Virus record (IMG/VR): IMGVR_UViG_3300035018_000013
Coordinates: 18,054-82,053 of that record
DNA length: 64,000 nucleotides
Direction: 5' to 3' (one strand)
From: a virus
Shown: one piece after another, positions 26,143 to 36,190 of the stretch
How positions within the stretch are numbered: the stretch's first letter is position 1
Layout of the letters: each line of letters begins with the position of its first letter
Position numbers and translations under genes: made by a program
Notes under the pieces: model-generated
Databases searched by the model: none
Seen by the model: only the letters and a program-made list of their open reading frames with translations
What the model was told of the DNA's origin: nothing

Positions 26143-27207
26143 TTAAGCTGTGTACGACCAAGCCGTACCGCGATCGCAGCGGAGATTCACTCTCCAAATG
26201 CAATCGCCCTTTGTTTTCGCCTTCAGTGTTCCGTAAGCTACTAACAAACGGGACTCAGTTAGGGGAACGTTTGAAACAAAAGTGGACACTTCAAACAACT
26301 GTGGCTCGAATGTATTTTCACCACCAAAAGGAACAACTCCATGCCATTCAAGTTGATCTTCATCTAGCAACCAAAAAGGCAGGATATCAGGATCGTCTAC
26401 AGTAGCGCCAGGTTCGTCATCAATGAACGGCGACATGACGATCGGCACTAACCCGTAGGGAGTCATGAGCGCCTTCACCATCACGCCTGGGGTGAATTCC
26501 ATATCTTGCAGAATCAGGCGACGATCTTCTACCTGCTTTTGAATTTGATACCAGCCACAGCCAGATGTATAGACCGCTGTAATCTTGCGATCGTAAGTGC
26601 GGTTAGTGGTAGAGCGGGTGACATATTCCACCAATTTAGAACCCACGTTATCAGGCTCAGCCCCGGTAATATCAATCAGGTAGGGAGTCCGCCCTGCAAT
26701 GATTTGGTTGTAGATGCCGTTAAACTCTAGCGGGTTTGTTGTGGCATTCCCGACGAATAGCGCTCTCTCTAGATTCTTGGTAGCACTAGCAATCATATCG
26801 GCAGTATCGATCGCCACTTGATCGCCATAGGGACGACCTTGTTGTTCATACAGCGATCGCTCGTAATGCCCCCAAGCTTTGCGACCCATAATCGCCTTAA
26901 CTTCTTGACCCGTATCACTCAGGTTGTTACGCACACCCGTTTGATCTAAAACCGAAGTTTCCAGAGCGTTCTTGTTGGCAAATCCGGTTGACGGCAAACC
27001 TGTACGAACAATTTCCTTCACTACGTCATCAGTCGCAGCGACTTTTTTAATGCGCGACCATAGACTGACATCGCGGTTCAGGTAGTCGGTAATTTCTGGC
27101 TGAAAGTCAGAGCGATAGGTAAAGCTCCCCCGGTTAGTCGCGGCACCCCGAATCAGGTCTTGAACCTCCTGAGCAGCAGCTTGAACATTGACAAAAGTTG
27201 CAGACAT
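26143..27207 (-). CDS. Major capsid protein (HK97 fold)
   Basis: 354 aa after the protease/scaffold gene; LERALFVGNATTNPLEFNGIYNQI; TPYGLVPIVMSPF. Confidence 0.85.
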   Translation of the reverse strand: MSATFVNVQAAAQEVQDLIRGAATNRGSFTYRSDFQPEITDYLNRDVSLWSRIKKVAATDDVVKEIVRTGLPSTGFANKNALETSVLDQTGVRNNLSDTGQEVKAIMGRKAWGHYERSLYEQQGRPYGDQVAIDTADMIASATKNLERALFVGNATTNPLEFNGIYNQIIAGRTPYLIDITGAEPDNVGSKLVEYVTRSTTNRTYDRKITAVYTSGCGWYQIQKQVEDRRLILQDMEFTPGVMVKALMTPYGLVPIVMSPFIDDEPGATVDDPDILPFWLLDEDQLEWHGVVPFGGENTFEPQLFEVSTFVSNVPLTESRLLVAYGTLKAKTKGDCIWRVNLRCDRGTAWSYTA

Positions 27208-27240
27208 TTTAGATTTCTCCTACTGGTTAAAGCGATCGAA

Positions 27241-28740
27241 CTAAGCCACTCCAGTGGAGGCTTTCAAGGCGTGTAATTGATCGCGCAATGCAACGCGACG
27301 GGCGAGGGATGCCGGATCACGACGGCTTTGTAGCTCCTCTAGCTGCCCTTCAAGTTTGTAGATTTGAGCCGCTTGAGGATCGATCGCCTCTCCACTAGCA
27401 GCGGCAGAAATAGCGGTGCTGAGCCGCGCAGGTTGACCGCTGGGGTTCATCATTTCCCGAACGGATTGCAGGGTGGTTTGGCGAATCATCGCCTGCATTT
27501 CTTCCCGCTGAGTTTTTGCTTTGTTCTCAGCATCAATTGATTCTTGGGCTTTAATTGCCGCATTGCGATCGTCGGTCAATTGATTAACGTTGGTTGTGAG
27601 TCGATCGATCGTTGCTTGGGACTGGGTTTGAGCCGTAACCAATGTGCCTAAAGTCTCGGTCAAAGCTGCAAGTTGCTTAGTAATCTCTTCCACGTTCTCA
27701 TCTCCTAAATCGGGTAAATTTTCATCTTGAGTTGCTGCCGCGATCTGGGCGATCGCCGGAACTAACTCCGGTCTCTTTTCCGCTACAACCTGCGTATTAG
27801 AATAAGTCGCCTTATCCGCATACAAGATACAAGCGCCCAGCAACGTGAGCTTGTCGAGAACGTGAACCTCACGTCCGTCGATCGTCTCCACATGACCCGG
27901 TGCCAGAGCATTGATAGACGCTCCGAGCTTGTCCTTTTCCAAGCGAATTTGAGCAACCCGTTCGGGCTTGTTGTAGGGGAAAAGATTGGCTTTGACCCAG
28001 AACCCGCCGTTGCGAATTTGGGCGCTCAGCATCACGCCAACAATCTCTTCATCGGCGTGCTTACTTAAGGTTGGGTCAGCGTCCAAAGGTAGATAAGGAA
28101 CCTGGGCGATCGCTGCCTTCGCTACTTCTGTCGAAACGTACAAAGGGCGACCGGGACCAACCGACGGGATTCCTTCAGAGGGTTGGTCTAAGTCGAACAG
28201 TTTGATTTCGATCGGGCATCGGTTGTTATTAGCAGCGGCTTCAATGAAGTCCACCCCATTGCATTTCATCTGGATAAAATCGGTTTCTGTCGAAGCCTTA
28301 ATGTTCGCCTGCACCGTCATGGCGGTTTTATAGGTCGCTGCCAAATCTCTAAGAATCGTCGTCAAATCAGTGATCATGCTCTCGACTTCGGCGGGGTCGC
28401 TTTCGTCCTCACCCTCGGTCATCTCGTAGCATTCCTCAGTGAAATAGTAGGAAAACATATTGAGAGCAAGGTCAAGGCGGTTGTACCAGGTGCAGCGGCG
28501 AACGTACCGCACATAGTCCGATTCAGCGCTCAGCAAGTTGCTTTGACTGGCTTCAACTCCATCTTCATCCGTTGCTCCAGCCTCTTCTAAGAGCGATCCA
28601 ATATCGTCCAAAAAAGAAGCCATAGACTTCTGAATTGCTTTAAGCTTCTTTGCGTTTTTGCCGCTTAACATTTTGCCTGCGGCGGAGACGGCAGAAGTAT
28701 CTGTGTGTCCGAATCCGTTAAATGGTCTACGTTGTGGCAT
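27241..28740 (-). CDS. Prohead protease/scaffold fusion
   Basis: SKHADEEIVG...GFWVKANLF...LGAS...LLGACIL protease-like core; C-terminal coiled coil; between portal and capsid. Confidence 0.65.
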   Translation of the reverse strand: MPQRRPFNGFGHTDTSAVSAAGKMLSGKNAKKLKAIQKSMASFLDDIGSLLEEAGATDEDGVEASQSNLLSAESDYVRYVRRCTWYNRLDLALNMFSYYFTEECYEMTEGEDESDPAEVESMITDLTTILRDLAATYKTAMTVQANIKASTETDFIQMKCNGVDFIEAAANNNRCPIEIKLFDLDQPSEGIPSVGPGRPLYVSTEVAKAAIAQVPYLPLDADPTLSKHADEEIVGVMLSAQIRNGGFWVKANLFPYNKPERVAQIRLEKDKLGASINALAPGHVETIDGREVHVLDKLTLLGACILYADKATYSNTQVVAEKRPELVPAIAQIAAATQDENLPDLGDENVEEITKQLAALTETLGTLVTAQTQSQATIDRLTTNVNQLTDDRNAAIKAQESIDAENKAKTQREEMQAMIRQTTLQSVREMMNPSGQPARLSTAISAAASGEAIDPQAAQIYKLEGQLEELQSRRDPASLARRVALRDQLHALKASTGVA

Positions 28741-28767
28741 GGCGTTTAGTGGGGTTCTTTTGACAAT

Positions 28768-28797
28768 AAAAAAGCCACGGATGGCTAGGCGTGGCTC
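28768..28797 (-). terminator. Intrinsic terminator candidate after the portal gene
   Basis: Minus strand GAGCCACG-cctagccatc-CGTGGCT-TTTTT. Confidence 0.55.
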
Positions 28798-28891
28798 AAA
28801 GGAGGGTTAAATTTTGGATACTAACGGTCGTTTTTATATTGTTGATTTATCCTACAGCAAGCATTTTGAAACGGGTTAAATTGGGTAAGAA

Positions 28892-30121
28892 TCAAGCGAT
28901 CGCCCCTGCTTTAGGCTTCCCGCCGAACTCCTTCCCTGATTCATCCTCAAGCGGATCGAACCCCAGCTTTACCCGTCCCTCATCCCGTGTGATCAATCCA
29001 CTATCGTAGGTTTCCCGAATCTCCTGATTTCTTACAGCCTCCGATCGCGGCTCTCGGTAATCTCTAACAAATCTGAACCCTGGCAGGAAAAAATCAATCA
29101 CCTCCCCGTCATAGCCCTCATCCATTGTTTGAGCGATCGGGATAATGGCGCGCTGAAAAGTGGTGTCCGCAGAGGCTTCACTGGTCGCGCGGTTATCGTG
29201 TTCCGTGATATTGGCATCACGGCTAGTCAGGGAAAAAGCCAACATGACGACATTCGTTAAAAACTGCGAGTATTGCAGATAAAGTTGATCATCCCCCGAT
29301 GCTCCAATCTTGATCGCTGTCGCCGTCCCAACCCCGCCCATAATGGGTTTCTTCTTTTTCTGAACCACTTCCAAATCCCAGTAAGACCGGAACGCCGTTA
29401 GCTGGGTTTCGTTGACATTCCCCAAGTGTAAAAGCCATTCCTGAGCCGCCTCGCTGGTTGTCTTTTGCTGGTAGTCGGACAGTCCCAGCCAGGCATTCAA
29501 AAAGCCGTATGCAACCTCTAGAGGACTAGGGGGGACTAGCTCGTAGGAATTGACATTGTTGAGCAGCATAAAAGCATTTTCGGAAAGCAGCGATCGCGGG
29601 TTGCCGCCTAACTTGTAATCTAAGAACTTAGGCACAACGCCCTCAACGTAGGGACTCCATTTAGGGTTGATCCGAATGAATGCCGCATCACAGCTCCAGA
29701 GCCAAAAGGGGCGCTCGACCTCCCCCGGCTGGCGTTCGCAAACGGCATAGTTGAGGGTTAGCAAATCGTCAATTAATGCTGAGGTAAGCTGGCGGTAGTT
29801 GTTCAGGGTTGCCTCGGCGTTGGGGCGCTTAATGGCGCGTGTCGCGTTACTAGCCAGGGCGATCGCGGCTTCATTGGTTTTCTTGTCGGCAGGCGGCTCA
29901 ATGTGCCAGGGCATCCTCAGAACGCCCTCTGTGATTTGCTTGATGGCAGAGAACGCCAAAGCGACCTTACTGAACCGTCTGAGCTGACCTGCCTGGATGC
30001 GATCGGCGTTAGAGATGGGGCGCAGTAAGCTCTTTTCCTGAGCAAACGGATAGATCGGCAGACTGGAAAGAGCCGAGTTCTGTTTGATGGGAGTGGATAG
30101 CCGCTTGTTGTTCTTTGCCAT
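28892..30121 (-). CDS. Portal protein
   Basis: 409 aa; LIDDLLTLNYAVCE; PPSPLEVAY; GLITRDEGRVKLGFDPL. Confidence 0.85.
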   Translation of the reverse strand: MAKNNKRLSTPIKQNSALSSLPIYPFAQEKSLLRPISNADRIQAGQLRRFSKVALAFSAIKQITEGVLRMPWHIEPPADKKTNEAAIALASNATRAIKRPNAEATLNNYRQLTSALIDDLLTLNYAVCERQPGEVERPFWLWSCDAAFIRINPKWSPYVEGVVPKFLDYKLGGNPRSLLSENAFMLLNNVNSYELVPPSPLEVAYGFLNAWLGLSDYQQKTTSEAAQEWLLHLGNVNETQLTAFRSYWDLEVVQKKKKPIMGGVGTATAIKIGASGDDQLYLQYSQFLTNVVMLAFSLTSRDANITEHDNRATSEASADTTFQRAIIPIAQTMDEGYDGEVIDFFLPGFRFVRDYREPRSEAVRNQEIRETYDSGLITRDEGRVKLGFDPLEDESGKEFGGKPKAGAIA

Positions 30122-30393
30122 TAGTAATCGGGGTGGCGAGTGAATGTGGATGGGTTCTCAATCGTAACGACTCGCCCTGATTCTAGCCCTGTGAAAACTC
30201 GCCCGATCGCGTTTTGCTTGAGAAATGCTCTATAGCTCTTGGGGCTTGCCTTCTGGGTCATCAAAAAGTAGGGTAACGTTGTCCCATTGTAGATAACTTG
30301 TTTAACTTCACTGCGATCGAGAGCGTACCCAGCACTGGCAACCGGAGTCGGAATAGTGGATTTTAATCGTTGTTGAAGCGTGTTTAAGGACAT
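30121..30393 (-). CDS. Hypothetical protein
   Basis: Coupled to the portal gene; 16-mer motif abuts its ATG. Confidence 0.55.
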   Translation of the reverse strand: MSLNTLQQRLKSTIPTPVASAGYALDRSEVKQVIYNGTTLPYFLMTQKASPKSYRAFLKQNAIGRVFTGLESGRVVTIENPSTFTRHPDY

Positions 30394-30399
30394 AAAAAA

Positions 30400-30816
30400 T
30401 CAATTGATTCCAGGAATTAATGATTTAACTTCGTAAATTGGGGTATTGGCGATCGTTAGGATAATGCCCTCTTTCTCCCTGCGATCGGGCTTCCGGCGAA
30501 AATGGATGTACGGCTGTTGGATAATCTTCATGCTGTCTTGCGAGAGTATTCCGCCCTTAACCAAGCCATCCAGAATGAACTTAGCAGCAGCAGAAGTGTT
30601 GTCCCAATCCCGCCCACTGTTCTTCACCACCCACAGAAACGAAACCCAGACCTCGCCTACAAACTTGGGTGCATTAGCCGATTCGATCGCGCAAATATTT
30701 GTCCATTGCGCCTTCATCTTTGCACCGATTGACCAATGCGATCGACAGGCTCTAATCTGTTCATTCAGCCCTGGCGGAATCGGGTACAAAATCTTAACCC
30801 ACTGCGTTTGTTCCAT
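30400..30816 (-). CDS. rusA: RusA-like Holliday junction resolvase
   Basis: IPPGLN...GRDWDNTSAAAKFILDGLVKGGILSQDS. Confidence 0.8.
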   Translation of the reverse strand: MEQTQWVKILYPIPPGLNEQIRACRSHWSIGAKMKAQWTNICAIESANAPKFVGEVWVSFLWVVKNSGRDWDNTSAAAKFILDGLVKGGILSQDSMKIIQQPYIHFRRKPDRREKEGIILTIANTPIYEVKSLIPGIN

Positions 30817-32183
30817 CAGAGTGCCGCCGCTCCATCTGCTGAAACTTTGGCAACTTCAGACGTAATAAAATCCGACCATATTTTGTTCCCCTCTAATCCC
30901 GATGCTCCCACTCCAGCAACAAACTGGCTCTTGCTCTGATAGGGCGCGCCGTTCCGCAGAGCGATCGCCTGCTCTGGATTCATGCCGAATTTAACCTGCA
31001 ATTCTCCGTCCTTGACCCTTTTGTCGCCCAGTAATTTATTGATTTCTTCAATCACAAAAGCCTCTCGCGCTGCCGTATCGTCAGCTTTATCCTTCAGCTT
31101 GTCGTCAAAATAGGCTTTCCATTCCGGCGGGTCTGAACCCACTCCAGAAGGTTGCTGCAACCGCATTTTCAAGCCGCACCCAGCGATCCCGTAGAGGTTC
31201 CGAGCCGTTGCACCTTTAGCAAAAATGGCGCTCTGCTCTGTAAGTTCCTGACTGGCGATCGCCGCTGTAATGGCTTCTAAATCCCCCTTTAATTGCGGCA
31301 ATATCAGGGCTAAATCTTGAGGCAACCCCACAGCCACACCACCCATGATCGCGGTGGCTAGATTCGCTGCGTTTACGCCTACCCCATCTGTTTTGGTGGC
31401 AAGTTGGAGGGCGATCGCCTGCTTGAGTTTAGGTAGAATCTGAGTCAGAACCTCTTTAGGAATCAGCCCCGCTGTTGCTGCCTGAATTAAGGTGCTTGGG
31501 GATAGGGCAGATACAGCGTTAGCATCACCCATCTGATTCGCCTGCATTAGAGCAGTAATTTGCGAGTTCTCTGGCTCCGTTAAGCAATCTGCAAACACCT
31601 GTTGCGTTAAATTAATCGTGCCTTGGCGTTCCCGTTCCGCCTTTGTTAATTGCGATCGCAGTTTAGTTAACGCCGTCTCAGTCAAAGGCTTGGCAAAACG
31701 ATGGTCTGAAAGCTTGCCGCCTAGCATCTTAAAACCTAGATCTACCTCTGCAAAATGAAAGCCTTTTTTGTCAGGGAATGGGTGTTCAAAATGAATTCTA
31801 AACGTGTCGCAATAAACCGGAATATTAGCGATCGCTCCTTGGTTGTACAACAGTATTGGAGCCGTCCCGGTTTCCTCATCAATTTCATGAAGCGTGGCAC
31901 AATTTTCCGCCTGAGTAGAAACATCATCACTCAGGCTGTAGAACTGAAGCTTGACGCTAAACGATCGCGGGGAAACGCTTTTGAAGGTAGAACCTACCCG
32001 AATCGATCGCCCGTCTTGAGTCGTCCATTCAGAGCTTTGATCGCTGTTTACCTCGACGACAGCAACGCCCATATCTAAAGGTTGACCTTTGTAAGCCCCT
32101 GTTAGAAACGTGATGCCCACTGGGTTTAAGCTGCCTTTGGGAGCGGCTGTCGCCATGCCTGTAGAAACGGGTTCTGTTGCCAC
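30816..32183 (-). CDS. Tail tube initiator-like (CIS tube/gpU-like) protein with possible C-terminal helix-hairpin-helix
   Basis: TFKSVSPRSFSVKLQF...PILLYNQG...FAEVDLGFK; C-terminal FGMNPEQAIALRNGAPYQSKSQF. Confidence 0.55.
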   Translation of the reverse strand: MATEPVSTGMATAAPKGSLNPVGITFLTGAYKGQPLDMGVAVVEVNSDQSSEWTTQDGRSIRVGSTFKSVSPRSFSVKLQFYSLSDDVSTQAENCATLHEIDEETGTAPILLYNQGAIANIPVYCDTFRIHFEHPFPDKKGFHFAEVDLGFKMLGGKLSDHRFAKPLTETALTKLRSQLTKAERERQGTINLTQQVFADCLTEPENSQITALMQANQMGDANAVSALSPSTLIQAATAGLIPKEVLTQILPKLKQAIALQLATKTDGVGVNAANLATAIMGGVAVGLPQDLALILPQLKGDLEAITAAIASQELTEQSAIFAKGATARNLYGIAGCGLKMRLQQPSGVGSDPPEWKAYFDDKLKDKADDTAAREAFVIEEINKLLGDKRVKDGELQVKFGMNPEQAIALRNGAPYQSKSQFVAGVGASGLEGNKIWSDFITSEVAKVSADGAAAL

Positions 32184-32416
32184 TATTGCACCTCTCGATC
32201 GCTATCAAACGGAACTCGATCGAAGCACAGGCGATCGTTACTCATTGCACCATTCCACACGCCCAAATAGGCACCAAAGCAGCCACCATAACAAGCGCGG
32301 TCACTGTACTCGCCAGCGGCTTCTAGGGAGGAAAATAAAGCGCTCTTAGCAGTGCCTTCTAGATCGTGAATTGTGACTTCAAATAGTTGACCTGGAGCAA
32401 TAACTTGAGTAGGCAT
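32183..32416 (-). CDS. Hypothetical protein
   Basis: Coupled to the next gene in the baseplate operon. Confidence 0.5.
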   Translation of the reverse strand: MPTQVIAPGQLFEVTIHDLEGTAKSALFSSLEAAGEYSDRACYGGCFGAYLGVWNGAMSNDRLCFDRVPFDSDREVQ

Positions 32417-32422
32417 TGTTAG

Positions 32423-34552
32423 TTAATCGTTGAGAGGTTGAAAAGCGATCGCCCCTGTCCATAAAGCGCCATTAATAAAAACCCCAGTCGGGTTAATCTC
32501 AATGGTGGCTTGTTCTCCAGCGGTAATGGTAATGTTCGCCCCATCGACCAAAATCTTAGAGAGAACCTGTCCTTCTGGCGTTGTACCTTCGATTAAAATT
32601 CCCTGATTTTCATCAATTTTTAGACGGGCGTTATGCGCTCCTGTAACCGGGAAAATTAAGGGGTCTTGCTTTCCATTTTTCCCCTTCTTCCCCTTAAAAC
32701 TAAAACCACCTGAACCAATTCCAAAGCTCCCCCACGGCGTACTCAGACCCGCACCCGCATCACTGGCAAACACTTGGCTCACGCCCGATGCCGATCGCAG
32801 TTCAGACATCACCGCATTCGCCACCACACGAGGCGTGGGCAGGGTGCTAGGGATAGAGTGAAAGGATTGATTTAGCGCTCCCAAAGCCTCGTCTAAGGCT
32901 GGCGTTAGCTGTTCTGAGAATTGGCTCATCACTTGCTCTAGTGCGGGTAATGAGGGCGGGTTTTCGGCAAGGCTAGCTCTAAGCTGGGGAATCTCCCTCA
33001 GCGTGGGCAACGCCCGTCCCAACGCTTGAGAGGCATTAGCGATCGCCCCTTTTGCTCTCTGTCCTAAAACGTTCGTAAATAAATCCCCAATCTCACTCTC
33101 ACCCGTCACAACGCCACGCACTAATTCTGTAAATTTGGGCTTTTCTAAATGAGCCTGAATCCCTTCTGGCAGGAGCTTCCACACTTTCTCTATGCCTGCT
33201 TGCAAGTCTAAATCAGGAGTAATGGCGCGCTCCTTCGGAGATACCGCAAGGGTCGCGTCCCTCTCTACTACAGCCTGAGATAAAACCAGAGAATCAATTA
33301 ATTCCTGAACCTGACTAATGGTGCCGTGCAGTTCCAATGCCGATAAATTAGCAAAGCTCTCATAACCATTAGGCAGCACTTCGCTAAGAATCATCTCAGC
33401 TTGTAAGGTAGGCTGGTGGCTTAATCCCCGCAAAGTTGCTTCTAGTTCGTCCGGTAAAATATTTAATCCTTCGGTTTTCAAAAATTCATTAATTCTAGGA
33501 AAATCAAAGTTTTCTAAAAGACTGGGTAAGTCCCTGGCTAGACTGGCGATCGCCGGATCAAGCGCTTGTTCTACCTGACTAGAGAGCAGCTTGCCAAAAT
33601 CATCCACCGAGAATTCTTGCAGCTTATCTAAAACGTCCGCACCCTGCGCCGCCGCCGTTCCAACGCCCTTCTCTAACCTTTGAAGTGTGTTAGAAACTTG
33701 ACTCAATTGATTGTCTAGCCCTAATTCAAAGCGCTGATTCAATTCAGAGATCAGGTTCATCCCTTCACCGAGCTTTCCCGTGATCTGCTTTGCCTGATTA
33801 ATGAGTGTCCCGATCGCAGGCATTGGGGCACTCAAAACCGATTCGATCGCCGCTAAATTTAGCTCAGAGCCGAACGCTTCAGAGCGAATCACCGCTGCCC
33901 CATCCGATCCCAAAATGCTGACAGCATCCCCCGCCGATCGCTGGGTGATATCGCCCTCAGCACTCAGAACCGTACTCGCTAACGGATTTTCTATGTTCAC
34001 CGTGCCGTCCGCTTGAAGATGCGATCGCGCCCCGCCCTGAGTTTGGTTAATCACATCCCCAGCGCGAGATACCTGCTGAATTACCCCGTTAGGATATCCG
34101 TCCGTCCGTTCGGCGTTAACGTCATCTTTAATGCTCATCACCTCACCGGGGGTATGCGTTCCATGTACGCCTTTTGCCCGATTAAACATGGGGTTAGGGC
34201 GATCGATTCTACTATGCAAGCAACCCAACATAAGAAGCTGTTGAGGATTGCCCAGCATTGGTAAAAGAGCAATTTGTGTACCCGCTTGCAGCAGTCGATG
34301 GGAGCCGCCCACGCCGCTATTATTAACGAAGTCTTCTAGTACCCAAACCCATCCATCCCAACCGTTAGGCAGGTTATCAGTTGCAGAAATTAGATCGCAC
34401 TTTACCTTAATTCGCCCCAAGCCCTCTGGGTCAATATCATCATTTTCAATGCCTGTCAAAATGCCAGGAATCCAGCCGGGGACAGTGCCGTCTTTCCATT
34501 CCTGAGTATGGGATTCAATTAGATTGGGGCGTAGCAGGCGATCGATGCTCAT
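32423..34552 (-). CDS. Baseplate spike (gp5/gpV-like OB fold plus beta-helix) with long helical insertion
   Basis: DIDPEGLGRIKVKC...GGSHRLLQAGTQIALLPMLGNPQQLLMLGCL. Confidence 0.75.
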   Translation of the reverse strand: MSIDRLLRPNLIESHTQEWKDGTVPGWIPGILTGIENDDIDPEGLGRIKVKCDLISATDNLPNGWDGWVWVLEDFVNNSGVGGSHRLLQAGTQIALLPMLGNPQQLLMLGCLHSRIDRPNPMFNRAKGVHGTHTPGEVMSIKDDVNAERTDGYPNGVIQQVSRAGDVINQTQGGARSHLQADGTVNIENPLASTVLSAEGDITQRSAGDAVSILGSDGAAVIRSEAFGSELNLAAIESVLSAPMPAIGTLINQAKQITGKLGEGMNLISELNQRFELGLDNQLSQVSNTLQRLEKGVGTAAAQGADVLDKLQEFSVDDFGKLLSSQVEQALDPAIASLARDLPSLLENFDFPRINEFLKTEGLNILPDELEATLRGLSHQPTLQAEMILSEVLPNGYESFANLSALELHGTISQVQELIDSLVLSQAVVERDATLAVSPKERAITPDLDLQAGIEKVWKLLPEGIQAHLEKPKFTELVRGVVTGESEIGDLFTNVLGQRAKGAIANASQALGRALPTLREIPQLRASLAENPPSLPALEQVMSQFSEQLTPALDEALGALNQSFHSIPSTLPTPRVVANAVMSELRSASGVSQVFASDAGAGLSTPWGSFGIGSGGFSFKGKKGKNGKQDPLIFPVTGAHNARLKIDENQGILIEGTTPEGQVLSKILVDGANITITAGEQATIEINPTGVFINGALWTGAIAFQPLND

Positions 34553-34555
34553 TTT

Positions 34556-35014
34556 TTATCGCCTTGTCGTTTTATCGATAATTCTAGAATCGAAAATTAC
34601 CAAAGGATCAGCATTCTCAGCAATAACTGAAAACGACTGCCACGCCATGCGATGAAAACGATCGCCAGCAAAGTTCTCAAACGGGAATCGAGATGTTGTG
34701 ACGACTGGAGTTGTTTTACAGCGATCGCTCCTAAAAATAATGCGACGGGCAATATTTTTTGCCGGAATCTCATCTAGCAAAGGCAAAATCAACTCTCCAT
34801 TCACACCCATCATTCGCTGACCAATCACGCGCCCAGCACTGTCCACACTGGGAAAAACGACGACGCAGGGATATTCAAATTGCGTCCGCACTGAAGTGAA
34901 TGTTTTTCTCAGCCCTGCTCTGAACTCAGGCAGTAGGAGCGATCGCTCAAAATCCATCTTTTTAAGCACATCCATTTCCCTGCTAATTTCTCTTCTCCGT
35001 TTTGCTAATCTCAA
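34556..35014 (-). CDS. Hypothetical baseplate-region protein
   Basis: Between baseplate J and spike genes; start uncertain. Confidence 0.5.
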   Translation of the reverse strand: MRLAKRRREISREMDVLKKMDFERSLLLPEFRAGLRKTFTSVRTQFEYPCVVVFPSVDSAGRVIGQRMMGVNGELILPLLDEIPAKNIARRIIFRSDRCKTTPVVTTSRFPFENFAGDRFHRMAWQSFSVIAENADPLVIFDSRIIDKTTRR

Positions 35015-36186
35015 GGCATCACCTCAATTTTGATACTCTGCTGAATCTCTAAAAGGTGCCAAGGCTTGATATCTAAATCCTTTAACGGCACATTCGTTTG
35101 AGCGTGTTTAAGCTGCACCAACGGCACTGCATAAATGCCCCGCACCCGTTCCAACGCCTCAGCTAGGGATTTATTGTATTCCCGATCGCCCCACACACCA
35201 TGAGGGGGATTCAGGCTATCAGTAATAGCCGTTGCAGCTAGATTAAACGCTTCCACCTGAGAGATATCAGATAAGACTTTAATCTGAACTAGCCCATCGA
35301 TCGGGATGATTTCAGCGGGGAATACTGCCAGCCGCTCATCCTTCATTCTGCGGGGATTAATCTCAGCCTCAACCAAAGAAACATAAGTGGAAGGGTAAAC
35401 CGCGATCGCTCTTAAATCTCTAAAGAACCCGTCTACCCCAGGCATTCGCCCCCTGATCACATTCACCTTTTGCGCTCCCACTCTCAGGGCGTAGAACTGG
35501 AAATCCCTATCCGTCACACAGCGATCGCCCGTCCTCAACCAGTCGCGGGTACGATACACGGCATCAATTAATCTTTCAGAACTGCGTCCTTCTGTAATTA
35601 CGCCCTCATTTGCAGCAGTGTCCACAAAAGCCAGCGATCGGGGAATCTGCGAGAACTCCCCTTGTCTGATATTCGGCAGTTTGCCAATCTGATTTAATCG
35701 GCACGGAATCAGAACGGTATTTTGATCCAATTCCATTCGAGCGCTGCTAATCGTGTAGACCGATAAGTTCGGCTGGTAGAGACTGCGAATCTCAATGTTA
35801 ATCGGAATATCAACGGCAATATTCCGGGCGATCGCGTCTTGAGAACGGGTAAACCGGACATTCAACACAGAATATTCAGCGGCTCGTAACTGAGTGCCCA
35901 TCATCCGCAGCCACTCCAGCAACGCAGCATCAGGAACAAGATTAAACTCGTGAGCAATTAAGCTCTGAAGATACACCAGAACGCTTGTGAGAATGGCGTG
36001 AGCGCTGCCTGGAGTTTTAGCAGAGAACGGGGAAGGCTCTCCTGTGGGCAAGGGCTGAGCCAACCTATCCATGATTGCGGCATAGATCTGATCATCGCTA
36101 AAGCCATACAACTCCGGAGAAGGAATCAGGCTTGGATCAATCTGAAGGCTCTGCTCTAGCTCGTAGTAGCGATCGTAAGTGGGCAT
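35011..36186 (-). CDS. Baseplate J-like wedge protein
   Basis: SPGSAH-type N-terminus (TPGSAHAIL), FNLVPDAALLEWLRMMG, RCVTDRDFQFYA. Confidence 0.85.
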   Translation of the reverse strand: MPTYDRYYELEQSLQIDPSLIPSPELYGFSDDQIYAAIMDRLAQPLPTGEPSPFSAKTPGSAHAILTSVLVYLQSLIAHEFNLVPDAALLEWLRMMGTQLRAAEYSVLNVRFTRSQDAIARNIAVDIPINIEIRSLYQPNLSVYTISSARMELDQNTVLIPCRLNQIGKLPNIRQGEFSQIPRSLAFVDTAANEGVITEGRSSERLIDAVYRTRDWLRTGDRCVTDRDFQFYALRVGAQKVNVIRGRMPGVDGFFRDLRAIAVYPSTYVSLVEAEINPRRMKDERLAVFPAEIIPIDGLVQIKVLSDISQVEAFNLAATAITDSLNPPHGVWGDREYNKSLAEALERVRGIYAVPLVQLKHAQTNVPLKDLDIKPWHLLEIQQSIKIEVMP

Positions 36187-36190
36187 GATG

